A stretch of 64,000 bases of DNA, from the NCBI RefSeq assembly GCF_030013205.1, contig NZ_CP122648.1; one strand, given 5' to 3'. This document shows positions 21,385 through 33,755 of the stretch, one piece after another. The notes beneath the pieces are model-generated. The model searched no databases. It saw nothing but the letters and a program-made list of their open reading frames with translations, and was not told where the DNA came from. Each line of letters begins with the position of its first letter. Position 1 is the first letter of the stretch. Source of the stretch: Escherichia coli (lineage in GTDB: Bacteria; Pseudomonadota; Gammaproteobacteria; Enterobacterales; Enterobacteriaceae). The position numbers and the translations under genes are program-made.

Positions 21385-21416
21385 ACGGCCCAGCATGCGA
21401 ATGCCGGGCCGTTTTC
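21385..21416 (+). terminator. grpE terminator
   Basis: acggccc...gggccgtttt: a stem-loop followed by a T-run, 22 nt after the grpE stop. Confidence 0.65.
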
Positions 21417-21417
21417 G

Positions 21418-22680
21418 TTACTCCGCCACACTCTCGCGCAGCGGTTTCACAGGAAAAACTTTTACCTGTTTAATCATATTGTCCTGTACGTCGAGAATAT
21501 CGATATCGTACTCGCCAATACGTACACGGGTGCCCGCGACCGGGATCTCTTCCAGTGCCTCAAGAATGACGCCATTAACCGTTCGTGCATCATCTTCCGG
21601 TAGATGCCAGTTAAAGGCTTTGTTGATTTCCCGCACGTTGGCGGTGCCATCAATAATCACCGAACCGTCGTTTTGCGGCGTGACCTCTTCGGCAAGTGTT
21701 GGCGACATGGACGTGGTGAAATCACCGACGATCTCTTCCAGAATATCTTCAACCGTCACCAGTCCCTGAATGTCTCCATACTCGTTGACGACCAGGCCGA
21801 CTTTCTTTTTGTTGCGCTGAAACTTCACCAACTGCGTGCTGAGGGGCGTACCTTCCGGGACAAAATAGATCTCGTCCGCGGCGCGCAGCATGGTTTCTTT
21901 GGTGAACTCTTTTTTCTCCGACATCAACCGCCAGGCTTCACGTACTCGCAGCATACTGATGGCGTCGTCCAGCGAATCACGGTAGAGCACGATGCGCCCG
22001 TGAGGTGAGTGGGAGAGTTGGCGCAGAATCGATTTCCAGTCATCGTTGATATCAATACCGATAATTTCACTGCGCGGCACCATGATGTCATCAACGGTCA
22101 TCTTTTCCAGATCGAGCACAGACAGCAGCATATCCTGATTGCGACGGGAAATTTGTGAGCGCGACTCATGCACGATAGTGCGCAACTCTTCTTTGCTCAA
22201 AGAGCCGCTAACCACGATATCGGTTTTGATACCCATCATGCGCATCAGCATACGGGTGATAGCATTCAGCAACCAGACCAGCGGCATCATCAAAATTTGC
22301 AGCGGAGCCAGCAGAAAACTACTCGGATAAGCGACTTTTTCCGGGTACAGCGCGGCAATGGTTTTCGGCAATACCTCAGCAAAAACCAGAACGACAAAAG
22401 TCAGCACACCAGTCGCAATTGCCACGCCCGCATCGCCGTACAAACGCATCCCAACAATAGTGCCGAGCGCGGAGGCAAGAATATTGACCAGGTTATTGCC
22501 GATTAACACCAGGCTTATCAGGCGGTCTGGCTTACGCAGCAATTTTTCGACGCGTTTGGCCGAGCGATTACCCTGTTTCGCCATATGTCGCAGACGATAG
22601 CGGTTGAGGGTCATCATTCCGGTTTCGGACCCGGAAAAATAGGCTGAAATGACCACCATGATGATCAGAATAATGATCAA
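21418..22680 (-). CDS. yfjD: DUF21-CBS-CorC/HlyC-type inner-membrane protein YfjD
   Basis: 420 aa. N-terminal TM region, then a CBS pair, then a C-terminal transporter-associated domain (…DGTANVREINKAFNWHLPEDDARTVNGVILE...). K-12 synteny. Confidence 0.9.
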   Translation of the reverse strand: MIIILIIMVVISAYFSGSETGMMTLNRYRLRHMAKQGNRSAKRVEKLLRKPDRLISLVLIGNNLVNILASALGTIVGMRLYGDAGVAIATGVLTFVVLVFAEVLPKTIAALYPEKVAYPSSFLLAPLQILMMPLVWLLNAITRMLMRMMGIKTDIVVSGSLSKEELRTIVHESRSQISRRNQDMLLSVLDLEKMTVDDIMVPRSEIIGIDINDDWKSILRQLSHSPHGRIVLYRDSLDDAISMLRVREAWRLMSEKKEFTKETMLRAADEIYFVPEGTPLSTQLVKFQRNKKKVGLVVNEYGDIQGLVTVEDILEEIVGDFTTSMSPTLAEEVTPQNDGSVIIDGTANVREINKAFNWHLPEDDARTVNGVILEALEEIPVAGTRVRIGEYDIDILDVQDNMIKQVKVFPVKPLRESVAE

Positions 22681-22724
22681 CGTAGTAGTAGAAATGTGTT
22701 CCAGGGGAAACTCCTTTTCTGGGT

Positions 22725-23516
22725 TTAGCTGATTAACTGCTGGACAATTCGGCTGCCGAAGTAGGCCAGTGTCAGGATGACTGCACCCGCAACGTTAAAC
22801 CAGACGACGCGGCGTCCACGCCATCCTTCATGATAATGTCCCCACAGCAGCACAATATAGACAAACCACGCCACGATAGAGAGCACGGCCTTGTCGATAT
22901 TTTCCATGCTAAATAAGTTGTGCATGTAGAACAGGCCAGTGCAAAGCGTGAGCGTTAGCAGCACCACGCCAATCTGCGTGATGTGGAACATTTTACGCTC
23001 GATACTCATCAATGGCGGCATTTCCTGGTTAAATGCCAGCTTCTTGTTCTTCAATTGGTAATCAATCCACGCCAGTTGCAGCGCGTACAGGGCGGCGATA
23101 ATTAGCGTGGCATAGGAAAAGAGCGATAAGCCAATGTGCACCAGCATCCCAGGCGTTGCTTCCAGATGGGTGATGTATTCATTGGGCATGAAGGTCGCCA
23201 GCGCCAGGTTGATAAGCGCAAAGGCATAGACAATGGGTAGCAGCAACCAGCCACGATTGCGAGAAGCCACAATGGTCATTACCGTACAGATCATCAAACT
23301 GACCAATGAACCAACGTTCAGCAGGCTGAGGTTTTGTCCGCTATCACCGTCGGGCAGGATGCGGGCTTCCAGAGCGATTGCGTGGCAGACCAGCGCAATG
23401 ACCGCAGAAATAATAGCCATGCGCCGCCAGCCGCCGTTTTTTTGCAGCAGACCGGGAACAATCAGCGCAAGACTGACGGAGTAGGCGACAAGCGCGAGCA
23501 GAGCAAAAACGGGCAT
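22725..23516 (-). CDS. ypjD: Inner-membrane cytochrome-c-assembly-family protein YpjD
   Basis: A start at MPVFALLALVAYSVS gives 263 aa, as in K-12. The protein is polytopic and hydrophobic. The ORF-track start at 23591 adds 25 aa. Confidence 0.85.
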   Translation of the reverse strand: MPVFALLALVAYSVSLALIVPGLLQKNGGWRRMAIISAVIALVCHAIALEARILPDGDSGQNLSLLNVGSLVSLMICTVMTIVASRNRGWLLLPIVYAFALINLALATFMPNEYITHLEATPGMLVHIGLSLFSYATLIIAALYALQLAWIDYQLKNKKLAFNQEMPPLMSIERKMFHITQIGVVLLTLTLCTGLFYMHNLFSMENIDKAVLSIVAWFVYIVLLWGHYHEGWRGRRVVWFNVAGAVILTLAYFGSRIVQQLIS

Positions 23517-23682
23517 AGTAATGTCGACAGTTTGAGCAATAAGAAAGAGAAGCAGTATAGCGTCAGGTGAACGCTGCTCCAACCGTTGCATAACAACAAA
23601 GACGCCTTCATGTTATACTGCGGCAAAATACTGATGATGTGTCGCGATTGCGGCCAACCGTTTCCACCCCAGGCGAGAGACA

Positions 23683-25044
23683 ATGTTTGATAATTTAACC
23701 GATCGTTTGTCGCGCACGCTGCGCAATATCAGTGGCCGTGGACGCCTCACTGAAGACAACGTAAAAGATACGCTGCGCGAAGTGCGCATGGCGCTGCTGG
23801 AGGCGGACGTCGCTCTGCCGGTAGTGCGTGAGTTTATCAATCGCGTAAAAGAGAAAGCGGTTGGTCATGAAGTTAATAAGAGCCTGACGCCGGGGCAGGA
23901 GTTCGTCAAAATCGTCCGTAACGAACTGGTTGCGGCGATGGGCGAAGAGAACCAGACCCTGAACCTGGCTGCGCAACCGCCTGCGGTCGTGCTGATGGCG
24001 GGCCTGCAAGGTGCCGGTAAAACAACCAGCGTTGGTAAACTCGGTAAGTTCCTGCGCGAGAAGCACAAGAAGAAAGTGCTGGTGGTTTCCGCCGACGTTT
24101 ATCGCCCGGCGGCAATCAAACAGCTTGAGACGCTGGCAGAGCAGGTGGGCGTTGATTTCTTCCCTTCTGATGTTGGTCAGAAGCCGGTAGATATCGTTAA
24201 CGCGGCGCTGAAAGAAGCCAAACTGAAATTCTACGACGTGCTGCTGGTGGATACCGCTGGTCGTCTGCACGTTGACGAAGCGATGATGGATGAGATCAAA
24301 CAAGTCCATGCGTCGATTAATCCGGTTGAAACCCTGTTTGTGGTTGACGCCATGACCGGTCAGGATGCGGCCAATACGGCAAAAGCATTCAATGAAGCGT
24401 TACCGCTTACCGGTGTAGTGTTGACCAAAGTGGACGGCGATGCCCGCGGCGGTGCGGCGCTCTCTATTCGTCACATCACTGGCAAACCGATCAAGTTCCT
24501 CGGTGTTGGCGAGAAAACTGAGGCGCTGGAGCCGTTCCATCCGGACCGCATCGCGTCGCGTATTCTCGGTATGGGCGACGTACTGTCACTGATCGAAGAT
24601 ATCGAAAGCAAAGTTGACCGCGCGCAGGCAGAGAAATTAGCCAGCAAGCTGAAAAAAGGCGACGGCTTCGATCTCAACGACTTCCTTGAGCAACTGCGCC
24701 AGATGAAAAATATGGGCGGCATGGCCAGCCTGATGGGCAAACTGCCGGGCATGGGGCAGATCCCGGATAACGTCAAGTCGCAGATGGACGATAAAGTGCT
24801 GGTGCGTATGGAAGCCATCATCAACTCAATGACGATGAAAGAGCGCGCTAAGCCAGAAATCATAAAAGGTTCGCGTAAGCGTCGTATTGCTGCCGGTTGC
24901 GGTATGCAGGTGCAGGACGTTAACCGTCTTCTGAAACAGTTCGACGACATGCAGCGCATGATGAAGAAAATGAAGAAGGGCGGAATGGCGAAGATGATGA
25001 GAAGCATGAAGGGGATGATGCCGCCGGGATTTCCTGGTCGCTAA
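23683..25044 (+). CDS. ffh: Signal recognition particle protein Ffh
   Basis: 453 aa. MFDNLTDRLSRTLRNISGRGRLTEDNVKDTLREVRMALLEADV..., GLQGAGKTT, Met-rich C-terminal M domain. Confidence 0.98.
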   Translation: MFDNLTDRLSRTLRNISGRGRLTEDNVKDTLREVRMALLEADVALPVVREFINRVKEKAVGHEVNKSLTPGQEFVKIVRNELVAAMGEENQTLNLAAQPPAVVLMAGLQGAGKTTSVGKLGKFLREKHKKKVLVVSADVYRPAAIKQLETLAEQVGVDFFPSDVGQKPVDIVNAALKEAKLKFYDVLLVDTAGRLHVDEAMMDEIKQVHASINPVETLFVVDAMTGQDAANTAKAFNEALPLTGVVLTKVDGDARGGAALSIRHITGKPIKFLGVGEKTEALEPFHPDRIASRILGMGDVLSLIEDIESKVDRAQAEKLASKLKKGDGFDLNDFLEQLRQMKNMGGMASLMGKLPGMGQIPDNVKSQMDDKVLVRMEAIINSMTMKERAKPEIIKGSRKRRIAAGCGMQVQDVNRLLKQFDDMQRMMKKMKKGGMAKMMRSMKGMMPPGFPGR

Positions 25045-25189
25045 TCGGCCTGGCTTGTTTGTCATTTTGGCACCGGGGTGTGCTCGTCATCCTCACGTAC
25101 TGCGTGTACGCTCCGGTGACTGCGCGCACTCCGGCACCAAACTGGCTGCACCGCCGACGGCCTTTTACAGCAGAGTTAGCAACTGTTGA

Positions 25190-25541
<352 letters not shown>

Positions 25542-25559
25542 TCTGTCACGGTGGTCATG

Positions 25560-26108
25560 ATGAGCAAACAACTCACCGCGCAAGCACCTGTTGATCCCAT
25601 CGTTTTGGGAAAAATGGGTTCGTCTTACGGTATTCGTGGGTGGCTCAGAGTGTTTTCTTCCACCGAAGACGCCGAAAGCATTTTTGACTATCAGCCCTGG
25701 TTTATCCAGAAGGCGGGTCAGTGGCAGCAAGTCCAGCTGGAAAGCTGGAAGCACCACAATCAGGACATGATCATCAAGCTGAAAGGCGTTGACGATCGTG
25801 ATGCGGCGAACCTGCTGACGAATTGTGAAGTTGTCGTGGATTCATCGCAGCTGCCTCAGCTTGAAGAGGGTGACTACTACTGGAAAGACCTGATGGGCTG
25901 CCAGGTAGTAACCACTGAAGGCTACGATCTCGGTAAAGTCGTCGATATGATGGAAACCGGATCTAATGACGTTCTCGTCATTAAGGCAAACCTGAAAGAT
26001 GCGTTTGGTATCAAGGAACGTCTCGTACCGTTCCTCGATGGGCAGGTTATCAAGAAAGTCGATCTCACTACTCGTTCAATTGAAGTAGATTGGGATCCTG
26101 GTTTTTAA
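25560..26108 (+). CDS. rimM: 16S rRNA processing protein RimM
   Basis: 182 aa from [33 protein letters not shown].... The ORF-track start at 25551 adds 3 aa. Confidence 0.95.
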   Translation: MSKQLTAQAPVDPIVLGKMGSSYGIRGWLRVFSSTEDAESIFDYQPWFIQKAGQWQQVQLESWKHHNQDMIIKLKGVDDRDAANLLTNCEVVVDSSQLPQLEEGDYYWKDLMGCQVVTTEGYDLGKVVDMMETGSNDVLVIKANLKDAFGIKERLVPFLDGQVIKKVDLTTRSIEVDWDPGF

Positions 26109-26138
26109 ACCACCGGATAAACGGTAAAAGACGGCGCT

Positions 26139-26906
26139 ATGTGGATTGGCATAATTAGCCTGTTTCCTGAAATGTTCCGCGCAATTACCGATTACGGGGT
26201 AACTGGCCGGGCAGTTAAAAATGGCCTGCTGAGCATCCAGAGCTGGAGTCCTCGCGACTTCACGCATGACCGGCACCGTACCGTGGACGATCGTCCTTAC
26301 GGCGGCGGACCGGGGATGTTAATGATGGTGCAACCCTTGCGGGACGCCATTCATGCAGCAAAAGCCGCGGCGGGTGAAGGCGCAAAGGTGATTTATCTGT
26401 CACCACAGGGACGCAAGCTTGATCAAGCGGGCGTCAGCGAACTGGCAACGAATCAAAAATTGATTCTGGTGTGCGGTCGCTACGAAGGTATAGATGAGCG
26501 CGTGATCCAAACCGAAATTGACGAAGAATGGTCAATCGGCGATTACGTTCTCAGTGGTGGTGAGTTACCAGCAATGACGCTGATTGACTCCGTTTCCCGG
26601 TTTATTCCGGGAGTACTGGGACATGAAGCTTCGGCAACGGAAGATTCCTTTGCTGAAGGATTGCTGGATTGCCCGCACTATACGCGGCCTGAGGTGTTAG
26701 AAGGAATGGAAGTTCCGCCAGTGTTACTGTCGGGCAACCATGCCGAGATACGTCGCTGGCGTTTGAAACAGTCGCTGGGCCGTACCTGGCTTAGAAGACC
26801 TGAACTTCTGGAAAACCTGGCTCTGACTGAAGAGCAAGCAAGGTTGCTGGCGGAGTTCAAAAAGGAACACGCACAACAGCAACATAAACATGATGGGATG
26901 GCGTAA
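26139..26906 (+). CDS. trmD: tRNA (m1G37) methyltransferase TrmD
   Basis: 255 aa. [31 protein letters not shown]... Confidence 0.98.
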   Translation: MWIGIISLFPEMFRAITDYGVTGRAVKNGLLSIQSWSPRDFTHDRHRTVDDRPYGGGPGMLMMVQPLRDAIHAAKAAAGEGAKVIYLSPQGRKLDQAGVSELATNQKLILVCGRYEGIDERVIQTEIDEEWSIGDYVLSGGELPAMTLIDSVSRFIPGVLGHEASATEDSFAEGLLDCPHYTRPEVLEGMEVPPVLLSGNHAEIRRWRLKQSLGRTWLRRPELLENLALTEEQARLLAEFKKEHAQQQHKHDGMA

Positions 26907-26944
26907 GCCCCCGAGATATCAGTTTACCCAGGATAAGAGATTAA

Positions 26945-27295
<351 letters not shown>

Positions 27296-27325
27296 GGTTT
27301 CGCTTAAGCGACATCCTGTTAAGAA

Positions 27326-27356
27326 GGGCTGGCCAATTGGCTGGCCCTTTTTTATC
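27326..27356. terminator. Terminator after rplS (between convergent rplS and yfiB)
   Basis: gggctggcc-aatt-ggctggccc stem (with two G-U pairs) followed by tttttt. Confidence 0.75.
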
Positions 27357-27370
27357 TGTTTGCTCGTGTT

Positions 27371-27853
27371 TTAAGGGGTTGTAATCACCACTGCGACGCG
27401 GCGGTTCTCGGCGCGGCCCTGGGCGGTCTTGTTACTGGCTATGGGATATTTTTTTCCTAAACCCTGTGTGGTGAGATTGCTGCGTGGAATTTGTCCACCC
27501 ATAGCCCATGCATCGGCCACGACATTCGCCCGTTTCAATGATAAGCCTTCGTTGTAACTGTCTTCACCATAGTTATCGGTGTGTCCATCCATACGGGCAT
27601 GTGTTAGCCCTGTCGAGGCCAATTTGGCTGCCATGGTTTGGATCTGTTGCTGGCTTTCCGGGAGCAATTTGTAGTCATTTTTTGCGAACAGAATGGCATC
27701 TGATAAGCCCAGCGACCAGTCGCCGGCGGATTCAGTAAATCCATAAGATTGCATAGCGACGACTTGCTCAGGAGTAAACTTTCCCTGAGGGGACTGGCAG
27801 CCAGTCAGTACTAGCGAGGTGAAAATCAGGGGTGCTACCAGGTGCTTTATCAT
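27371..27853 (-). CDS. yfiB: OmpA-family lipoprotein YfiB
   Basis: 160 aa. Lipobox LVLTGCQS. The C-terminal OmpA-like peptidoglycan-binding region has GHTDNYG...NRRV. Confidence 0.93.
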   Translation of the reverse strand: MIKHLVAPLIFTSLVLTGCQSPQGKFTPEQVVAMQSYGFTESAGDWSLGLSDAILFAKNDYKLLPESQQQIQTMAAKLASTGLTHARMDGHTDNYGEDSYNEGLSLKRANVVADAWAMGGQIPRSNLTTQGLGKKYPIASNKTAQGRAENRRVAVVITTP

Positions 27854-27868
27854 ATCGATATATCCTTG

Positions 27869-29095
27869 TTATCTCACCAGCTTTTCGGCACGCTGGTGTT
27901 TGGCCTGATACATATTGTGATCGGCCAGCTCTTGTAATTTTTCCGCAGAAGCGTGCGCAATGGTCATTGCGTAACCAATGCTTAATGTCATGGTGGTCTG
28001 ATGGCCATTATGAAGATCAAACGGGCGATTAAAGATTTGTGTCAGTGCTGAGCATATCTGCTGCACTTCAGATTCCGACTGTACATCATAGAGCACCATC
28101 GCGAATTCATCGCCGCCCAGGCGGTATGCTTTATGTTGCAGCCCGCCAAATTCAGCTAACCGTTTTGCGATTTCAATCAAGACTCTATCGCCCGTCGCAT
28201 GACCCTAGGTATCATTGATATATTTGAAATTATCGCCATCAAGAAATAGTAACGCCGACGTTTTTCGGGCATCGGAACTGTTCATCAACGTGTTGATACC
28301 GCTACGAAACGCTGCGCGGTTAGCCAGCCCGGTTAATGGGTCATGTAGTGCGGTACGTAGAAGCTGCGCATTTTTGGCCTGTAAACGAAGCTGCCACTCT
28401 TCCATTTCATCCAGCAGACTGTTGAAGTCGAGAGCGAAGCGGTGAAACTCTGCGATACGTTCTTCCGAAACTCGTCGGGAAAAATTGCGGTTGGAACGCA
28501 CATCATGTACGACATCGGTGATGTTTTTTAACGCTTCAACCAGACCATTGTGCAAATGGCGGGTGAGGGTAATTGCGATGCCTGATGCCAGCAGAATGCA
28601 GGCGGTCAGGACAGCGAGCGAAAACCAGATGAAATGGCTGATTGAACTGTCGCGAGCGGTTAAGCGAACTTCGCCAATGGTTTCACCATTGTGACGAATC
28701 GGCTGAACGATGGGGGCAGGGAAGAGCCAGTGGCTTATGAAATTACTGAAAGTATCGCCTGGATCCTTACGGGTGTAATGCCAGGATGCCAGAATATTTT
28801 GCTGCTTATCACGCACTTCTGCAGTTGAAAATTGGCCTTGCTGCCCCAGCGCTGCCAGTGTTTCAGTTGCTGCAGAGCCATCGGCAAAAACGACCGCTGC
28901 TTCCAGACTGTAAGTCATTGTTGCTGCTGTCAGTGCCAGGTTTTTTTGCGCGTACTGTTTCAGGGTCAGCACCGAGGTCACGGAAAGCAGCAACCAGATC
29001 AGCATCATAGTGATAAATATGCTGGTCATACTGATGTTGCGTAATGCTCTTTTAAACGTGGGGCGCTTATTAAGAGAATTATCGTTATCCATCAT
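27869..29095 (-). pseudogene. dgcN: Diguanylate cyclase DgcN (YfiN) interrupted by an in-frame amber codon
   Basis: 1227 nt, i.e. 408 codons plus stop, the same length as K-12. Codon 297 is TAG (plus-strand cta at 28205-28207) in ...FLDGDNFKYINDT*GHATGDRVL.... The GGDEF active site (RLGGDEF) lies downstream of the stop. The ORF track shows 296-aa and 103-aa pieces. Confidence 0.85.
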
Positions 29096-29603
29096 TTTTC
29101 TTCCGTGCGAGCATTAAGACATCCGGGTTGACCTTTACTCCGCTACGCGATAAGGCATCCAGGTTTACGGCAAATCTGACGTCATTATTGTGGATGATCA
29201 GACAAAAGGCGCTACCAATAATGCACTCGGTATTTTGTTCGGCAATTAATAATAACGCCCTTGACGGATATTGTTCGGTTAATTCCATCTGGAATGTCGG
29301 TGACTCGTTGCCAAAATAAAAACCATTGCAGCCTGAAATCATCACCTCTTGTTGAGTGTGAATGATGACAGGCAGATAAGGCAAAGATGTCGCGGCATTC
29401 TCTTGTAGGGCGGTACTAAAACGTGAAGATGAAAAGATACATAACTTTGGTGGCCCTGATAGCGCAGGCCAGCGGGTGTAACTGACAATACCGGAAACCA
29501 TCATACGCACGTTTTTCGCAACGTCAGAAGATTCCTGAGCGAGTATTGGTGCTCCCGTCAGCAGGAGAATCAGCAGTAAGAACAGTCGGTGAGAAAAACG
29601 CAT
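29085..29603 (-). CDS. yfiR: Periplasmic DgcN inhibitor YfiR
   Basis: 172 aa with signal peptide [24 protein letters not shown]. It overlaps the dgcN start as in the K-12 yfiRNB operon. Confidence 0.93.
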   Translation of the reverse strand: MRFSHRLFLLLILLLTGAPILAQESSDVAKNVRMMVSGIVSYTRWPALSGPPKLCIFSSSRFSTALQENAATSLPYLPVIIHTQQEVMISGCNGFYFGNESPTFQMELTEQYPSRALLLIAEQNTECIIGSAFCLIIHNNDVRFAVNLDALSRSGVKVNPDVLMLARKKNDG

Positions 29604-29751
29604 TCAGGGATCCTCACCATCTTCGCTCGAAATGCATCGATATTTTTTCAGAATGCTCATTAAAATATCATTCTTTCATGCGGTCGTCATCAATGTGAGA
29701 AATAAAACACAATGAGCAAAATCTCATGTTTAATTTATTTGTGGGGGTTAA

Positions 29752-30117
29752 TTAATTTAATCGTATTGTGCTGGCATTTTCATCAGCCCCTTTTTGCCAT
29801 ACTTCATGCAGTTGGCTGGCATTTTCAACATTGTTGCAGCTGGCAGGAAAGCTTTTACCGGAAAGTCCTCGGGCATAAGTAAAATCGGTCTGGCAAGTTT
29901 TCTTTTGTCCTTCGGCATATCCTTTAAGGTATAGACCGCGATCCGCCTGTGAATCGCTAAATGCATCGTCATCTTTTATGGCGTTGCCCGATATCGCATC
30001 TTCCATACCAACATCATACCAGTCGGTGCTGGTCAAGGTTGGCGCGTGAGTATAAGGGTCAATCTGACATCCGCTAACCAGTAAAGCCAACAAGGGGGCG
30101 ATAAACTTTTTCATCAT
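29752..30117 (-). CDS. yfiL: Lipoprotein YfiL
   Basis: 121 aa from MMKKFIAPLLALLVSGCQIDPYTH.... The ORF-track start at 30156 adds 13 aa. Confidence 0.85.
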   Translation of the reverse strand: MMKKFIAPLLALLVSGCQIDPYTHAPTLTSTDWYDVGMEDAISGNAIKDDDAFSDSQADRGLYLKGYAEGQKKTCQTDFTYARGLSGKSFPASCNNVENASQLHEVWQKGADENASTIRLN

Positions 30118-30162
30118 TTCTTTCTCCTTTTTCAAAGCATAGCGGATTGTTTTCAAAGGCGG

Positions 30163-30255
30163 TGTAAATTTATTTATACATAAACAAGGGTTAAAAGCGC
30201 GAATAAATTGCTTGTGTAAAGAAAAATGTACGAAATGTGGATTGAAAACTTTACT
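30163..30255 (+). promoter_or_regulatory. aroF promoter region with TyrR boxes
   Basis: TGTAAAtttattTATACA (30163-30180) and TGTAAAgaaaaaTGTACG (30215-30232) fit TGTAAA-N6-TTTACA. TGGATTgaaaacTTTACT (30238-30255) is a weaker fit. Confidence 0.75.
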
Positions 30256-30326
30256 TTATGTGTTATCGTTACGTCATCCTCGCTGAGGATCAACTATCGC
30301 AAACGAGCATAAACAGGATCGCCATC

Positions 30327-31397
30327 ATGCAAAAAGACGCGCTGAATAACGTACATATTACCGACGAACAAGTTTTAATGACTCCGGAACAACTGAAGGC
30401 CGCTTTTCCATTAAGCCTGCAACAGGAAGCCCAGATTGCTGACTCGCGTAAAACCATTTCAGATATTATCGCCGGGCGCGATCCTCGTCTGCTGGTAGTA
30501 TGTGGTCCTTGTTCCATTCATGATCCGGAAACTGCTCTGGAATATGCTCGTCGATTTAAAGCCCTTGCCGCAGAGGTCAGCGATAGCCTCTATCTGGTAA
30601 TGCGCGTCTATTTTGAAAAACCCCGTACCACTGTCGGTTGGAAAGGGTTGATTAACGATCCCCATATGGATGGCTCTTTTGATGTAGAAGCCGGGCTGCA
30701 GATCGCGCGTAAATTGCTGCTTGAGCTGGTGAATATGGGACTGCCACTGGCGACGGAAGCGTTAGATCCAAATAGCCCGCAATACCTGGGCGATCTGTTT
30801 AGCTGGTCAGCAATTGGTGCTCGTACAACGGAATCGCAAACTCACCGTGAAATGGCCTCCGGGCTTTCCATGCCGGTTGGTTTTAAAAACGGCACCGACG
30901 GCAGCCTTGCAACGGCAATTAACGCTATGCGTGCCGCCGCCCAGCCGCACCGTTTTGTTGGCATTAACCAGGCAGGGCAGGTTGCGTTGCTACAAACTCA
31001 GGGGAATCCGGACGGGCATGTGATCCTGCGCGGTGGTAAAGCGCCGAACTATAGCCCTGCGGATGTTGCGCAATGTGAAAAAGAGATGGAACAGGCGGGA
31101 CTGCGCCCGTCTCTGATGGTAGATTGCAGCCACGGTAATTCCAATAAAGATTATCGCCGTCAGCCTGCGGTGGCAGAGTCCGTGGTTGCTCAGATCAAAG
31201 ATGGTAATCGCTCCATTATTGGTCTGATGATTGAAAGTAATATCCACGAAGGTAATCAGTCTTCCGAACAGCCGCGTAGCGAAATGAAATACGGCGTGTC
31301 TGTAACCGATGCCTGCATTAGTTGGGAAATGACCGATGCCTTGCTGCGTGAAATTCATCAGGATCTGAACGGGCATCTGACGGCTCGCGTGGCTTAA
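30327..31397 (+). CDS. aroF: Tyr-sensitive DAHP synthase AroF
   Basis: 356 aa from [42 protein letters not shown].... The ORF-track start at 30258 adds 23 aa. Confidence 0.97.
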   Translation: MQKDALNNVHITDEQVLMTPEQLKAAFPLSLQQEAQIADSRKTISDIIAGRDPRLLVVCGPCSIHDPETALEYARRFKALAAEVSDSLYLVMRVYFEKPRTTVGWKGLINDPHMDGSFDVEAGLQIARKLLLELVNMGLPLATEALDPNSPQYLGDLFSWSAIGARTTESQTHREMASGLSMPVGFKNGTDGSLATAINAMRAAAQPHRFVGINQAGQVALLQTQGNPDGHVILRGGKAPNYSPADVAQCEKEMEQAGLRPSLMVDCSHGNSNKDYRRQPAVAESVVAQIKDGNRSIIGLMIESNIHEGNQSSEQPRSEMKYGVSVTDACISWEMTDALLREIHQDLNGHLTARVA

Positions 31398-31407
31398 GAG
31401 GTTTATT

Positions 31408-32529
31408 ATGGTTGCTGAATTGACCGCATTACGCGATCAAATTGATGAAGTCGATAAAGCGCTGCTGAATTTATTAGCGAAGCGTCTGGAACTGGTTGCT
31501 GAAGTGGGCGAGGTGAAAAGCCGCTTTGGACTGCCTATTTATGTTCCGGAGCGCGAGGCATCTATGCTGGCCTCGCGTCGTGCAGAGGCGGAAGCTCTGG
31601 GTGTACCGCCAGATCTGATTGAGGATGTTTTGCGTCGGGTGATGCGTGAATCTTACTCCAGTGAAAACGACAAAGGATTTAAAACGCTTTGTCCGTCACT
31701 GCGCCCGGTGGTTATCGTCGGTGGTGGCGGTCAGATGGGACGTCTGTTCGAGAAGATGCTGACACTCTCGGGTTATCAGGTGCGGATTCTGGAGCAACAT
31801 GACTGGGATCGAGCGGCTGATATTGTTGCCGATGCCGGAATGGTGATTGTTAGTGTGCCCATCCACGTTACTGAGCAAGTTATCGGCAAATTACCGCCTT
31901 TACCGAAAGATTGTATTCTGGTCGATCTGGCATCGGTGAAAAATGGACCATTACAGGCCATGCTGGCGGCGCATGATGGTCCGGTGCTGGGGTTACACCC
32001 GATGTTCGGCCCGGACAGCGGTAGCCTGGCAAAGCAAGTTGTGGTCTGGTGTGATGGACGTAAGCCGGAAGCATACCAATGGTTTCTGGAGCAAATTCAG
32101 GTCTGGGGCGCTCGGCTGCATCGTATTAGCGCCGTCGAGCACGATCAGAATATGGCGTTTATTCAGGCTCTGCGCCACTTTGCTACTTTTGCTTATGGGC
32201 TGCACCTGGCAGAAGAAAATGTTCAGCTTGAGCAACTTCTGGCACTTTCTTCGCCGATTTACCGCCTTGAACTGGCGATGGTTGGGCGACTGTTTGCTCA
32301 GGATCCGCAGCTTTATGCCGACATTATTATGTTGTCAGAGCGTAATCTGGCGTTAATCAAACGTTACTATAAGCGTTTCGGCGAGGCGATTGAGTTGCTG
32401 GAGCAGGGCGATAAGCAGGCGTTTATTGACAGTTTCCGCAAGGTGGAGCACTGGTTCGGCGATTACGCACAGCGTTTTCAGAGTGAAAGCCGCGTGTTAT
32501 TGCGTCAGGCGAATGACAACCGCCACTAA
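31408..32529 (+). CDS. tyrA: Chorismate mutase / prephenate dehydrogenase TyrA
   Basis: 373 aa. [54 protein letters not shown]... Confidence 0.97.
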   Translation: MVAELTALRDQIDEVDKALLNLLAKRLELVAEVGEVKSRFGLPIYVPEREASMLASRRAEAEALGVPPDLIEDVLRRVMRESYSSENDKGFKTLCPSLRPVVIVGGGGQMGRLFEKMLTLSGYQVRILEQHDWDRAADIVADAGMVIVSVPIHVTEQVIGKLPPLPKDCILVDLASVKNGPLQAMLAAHDGPVLGLHPMFGPDSGSLAKQVVVWCDGRKPEAYQWFLEQIQVWGARLHRISAVEHDQNMAFIQALRHFATFAYGLHLAEENVQLEQLLALSSPIYRLELAMVGRLFAQDPQLYADIIMLSERNLALIKRYYKRFGEAIELLEQGDKQAFIDSFRKVEHWFGDYAQRFQSESRVLLRQANDNRH

Positions 32530-32536
32530 TAATCCA

Positions 32537-32569
32537 GTGCCGGGTGATTCACATCATCCGGCACCTTTT
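32537..32569. terminator. Terminator between convergent tyrA and pheA
   Basis: gtgccgg...ccggcac stem followed by cttttc, immediately after the tyrA stop and abutting the pheA stop. Confidence 0.7.
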
Positions 32570-32571
32570 CA

Positions 32572-33732
32572 TCAGGTTGGATCAACAGGCACTACGTTCT
32601 CACTTGGGTAACAGCCCAATACCTTCATCGAACGGGTGATGTCCCCTAACTCTTTCAATGCTTTTTGCATTTCCGCTGATTCAAGATTGGCCTGAATATC
32701 CAGATAAAACATCTCTTCCCATGGATTACCGTGAATCGGGCGTGACTCCAGACGGGTCATAATCAGATTGTGGTTGCGCAGTACCAGCAACGCTTCAACC
32801 AGCGCACCAGCTTGTTGCCCGGTCGCCATTAACAACGTCGTTTTCGCTGGAACCTGGTCAGACACGTTAATGGCTTTACGTGCCAACACCACAAATCGGG
32901 TGAAGTTTTGTCGCTGATTCGCTTCAATACGCTCCAGTACCTGCAAACCGTACAAAGTGCCGCCAGCTTCGCTTCCCAACGCAGCAACATGCGGTGATTT
33001 TGCCTGTGCAACCTTTTCCATTGCCGCAGACGTACTTTCGGTATATTCAATCTTCCAGTGCGGATAACGATTAAGGAATTTGCTGCATTGCTGGAATGGC
33101 TGCGGATGGCTGTAGACCGTATTGATGGTGGATAAATCAGTAGTGCCGGAGACCAACAAACAATGGTCGATAGTTAACGTCATCTCGCCAACAATCGACA
33201 AACTGGTATGTTGCAGCAGATCGTAAACGTCATTTATGGCACCGGAGCTGGTATTTTCAATCGGTACGACGGCATAGTCGGCCTGGCCGGTTTCCACCTG
33301 ATTAAAAATATCGGCAAATTTGGCGCAGCCACTTTCAATGAATTGCTCAAAGTGACGGGCAGCGTACTGACGAGCGGCAAGATGTGAATAGGAGCCTTTG
33401 GGGCCGAGAAAAGCAATGCGGGCAGAGTGTGGATTAATTTTATTGAGATGTTGCTGGAGCAAAGCCTGCTGAGTTAATACGGAATCTTCAATGATGAGCT
33501 GGAACAGGCGAGTAATGTAATGGGCGTCCAGATGGTGCGCTTTACCGAGCGTAATTAATCTTTCCAGCAAATCGCGTTCACGATCAATATCACGTACCGG
33601 GCGATGCGAGAGCAGTTTGGCTTTTCCCACCTCGACGGCCAGTTCGCGCCGCTCTGCCAGTAATGCTAATAATTTTTCATCCAGCGCGCTGATTTTCTCT
33701 CGCAGCGCCAGTAACGGGTTTTCCGATGTCAT
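32572..33732 (-). CDS. pheA: Chorismate mutase / prephenate dehydratase PheA
   Basis: 386 aa. [56 protein letters not shown]... Confidence 0.98.
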   Translation of the reverse strand: MTSENPLLALREKISALDEKLLALLAERRELAVEVGKAKLLSHRPVRDIDRERDLLERLITLGKAHHLDAHYITRLFQLIIEDSVLTQQALLQQHLNKINPHSARIAFLGPKGSYSHLAARQYAARHFEQFIESGCAKFADIFNQVETGQADYAVVPIENTSSGAINDVYDLLQHTSLSIVGEMTLTIDHCLLVSGTTDLSTINTVYSHPQPFQQCSKFLNRYPHWKIEYTESTSAAMEKVAQAKSPHVAALGSEAGGTLYGLQVLERIEANQRQNFTRFVVLARKAINVSDQVPAKTTLLMATGQQAGALVEALLVLRNHNLIMTRLESRPIHGNPWEEMFYLDIQANLESAEMQKALKELGDITRSMKVLGCYPSENVVPVDPT

Positions 33733-33755
33733 AGTGTTGCCTTTTTGTTATCAAT

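Noticed and set aside
23695-24309. 204-aa minus-strand ORF (plus several shorter ones up to 25279) inside ffh
   Set aside because: These are antisense to ffh, whose product is unambiguous. No RBS or family signal was seen.
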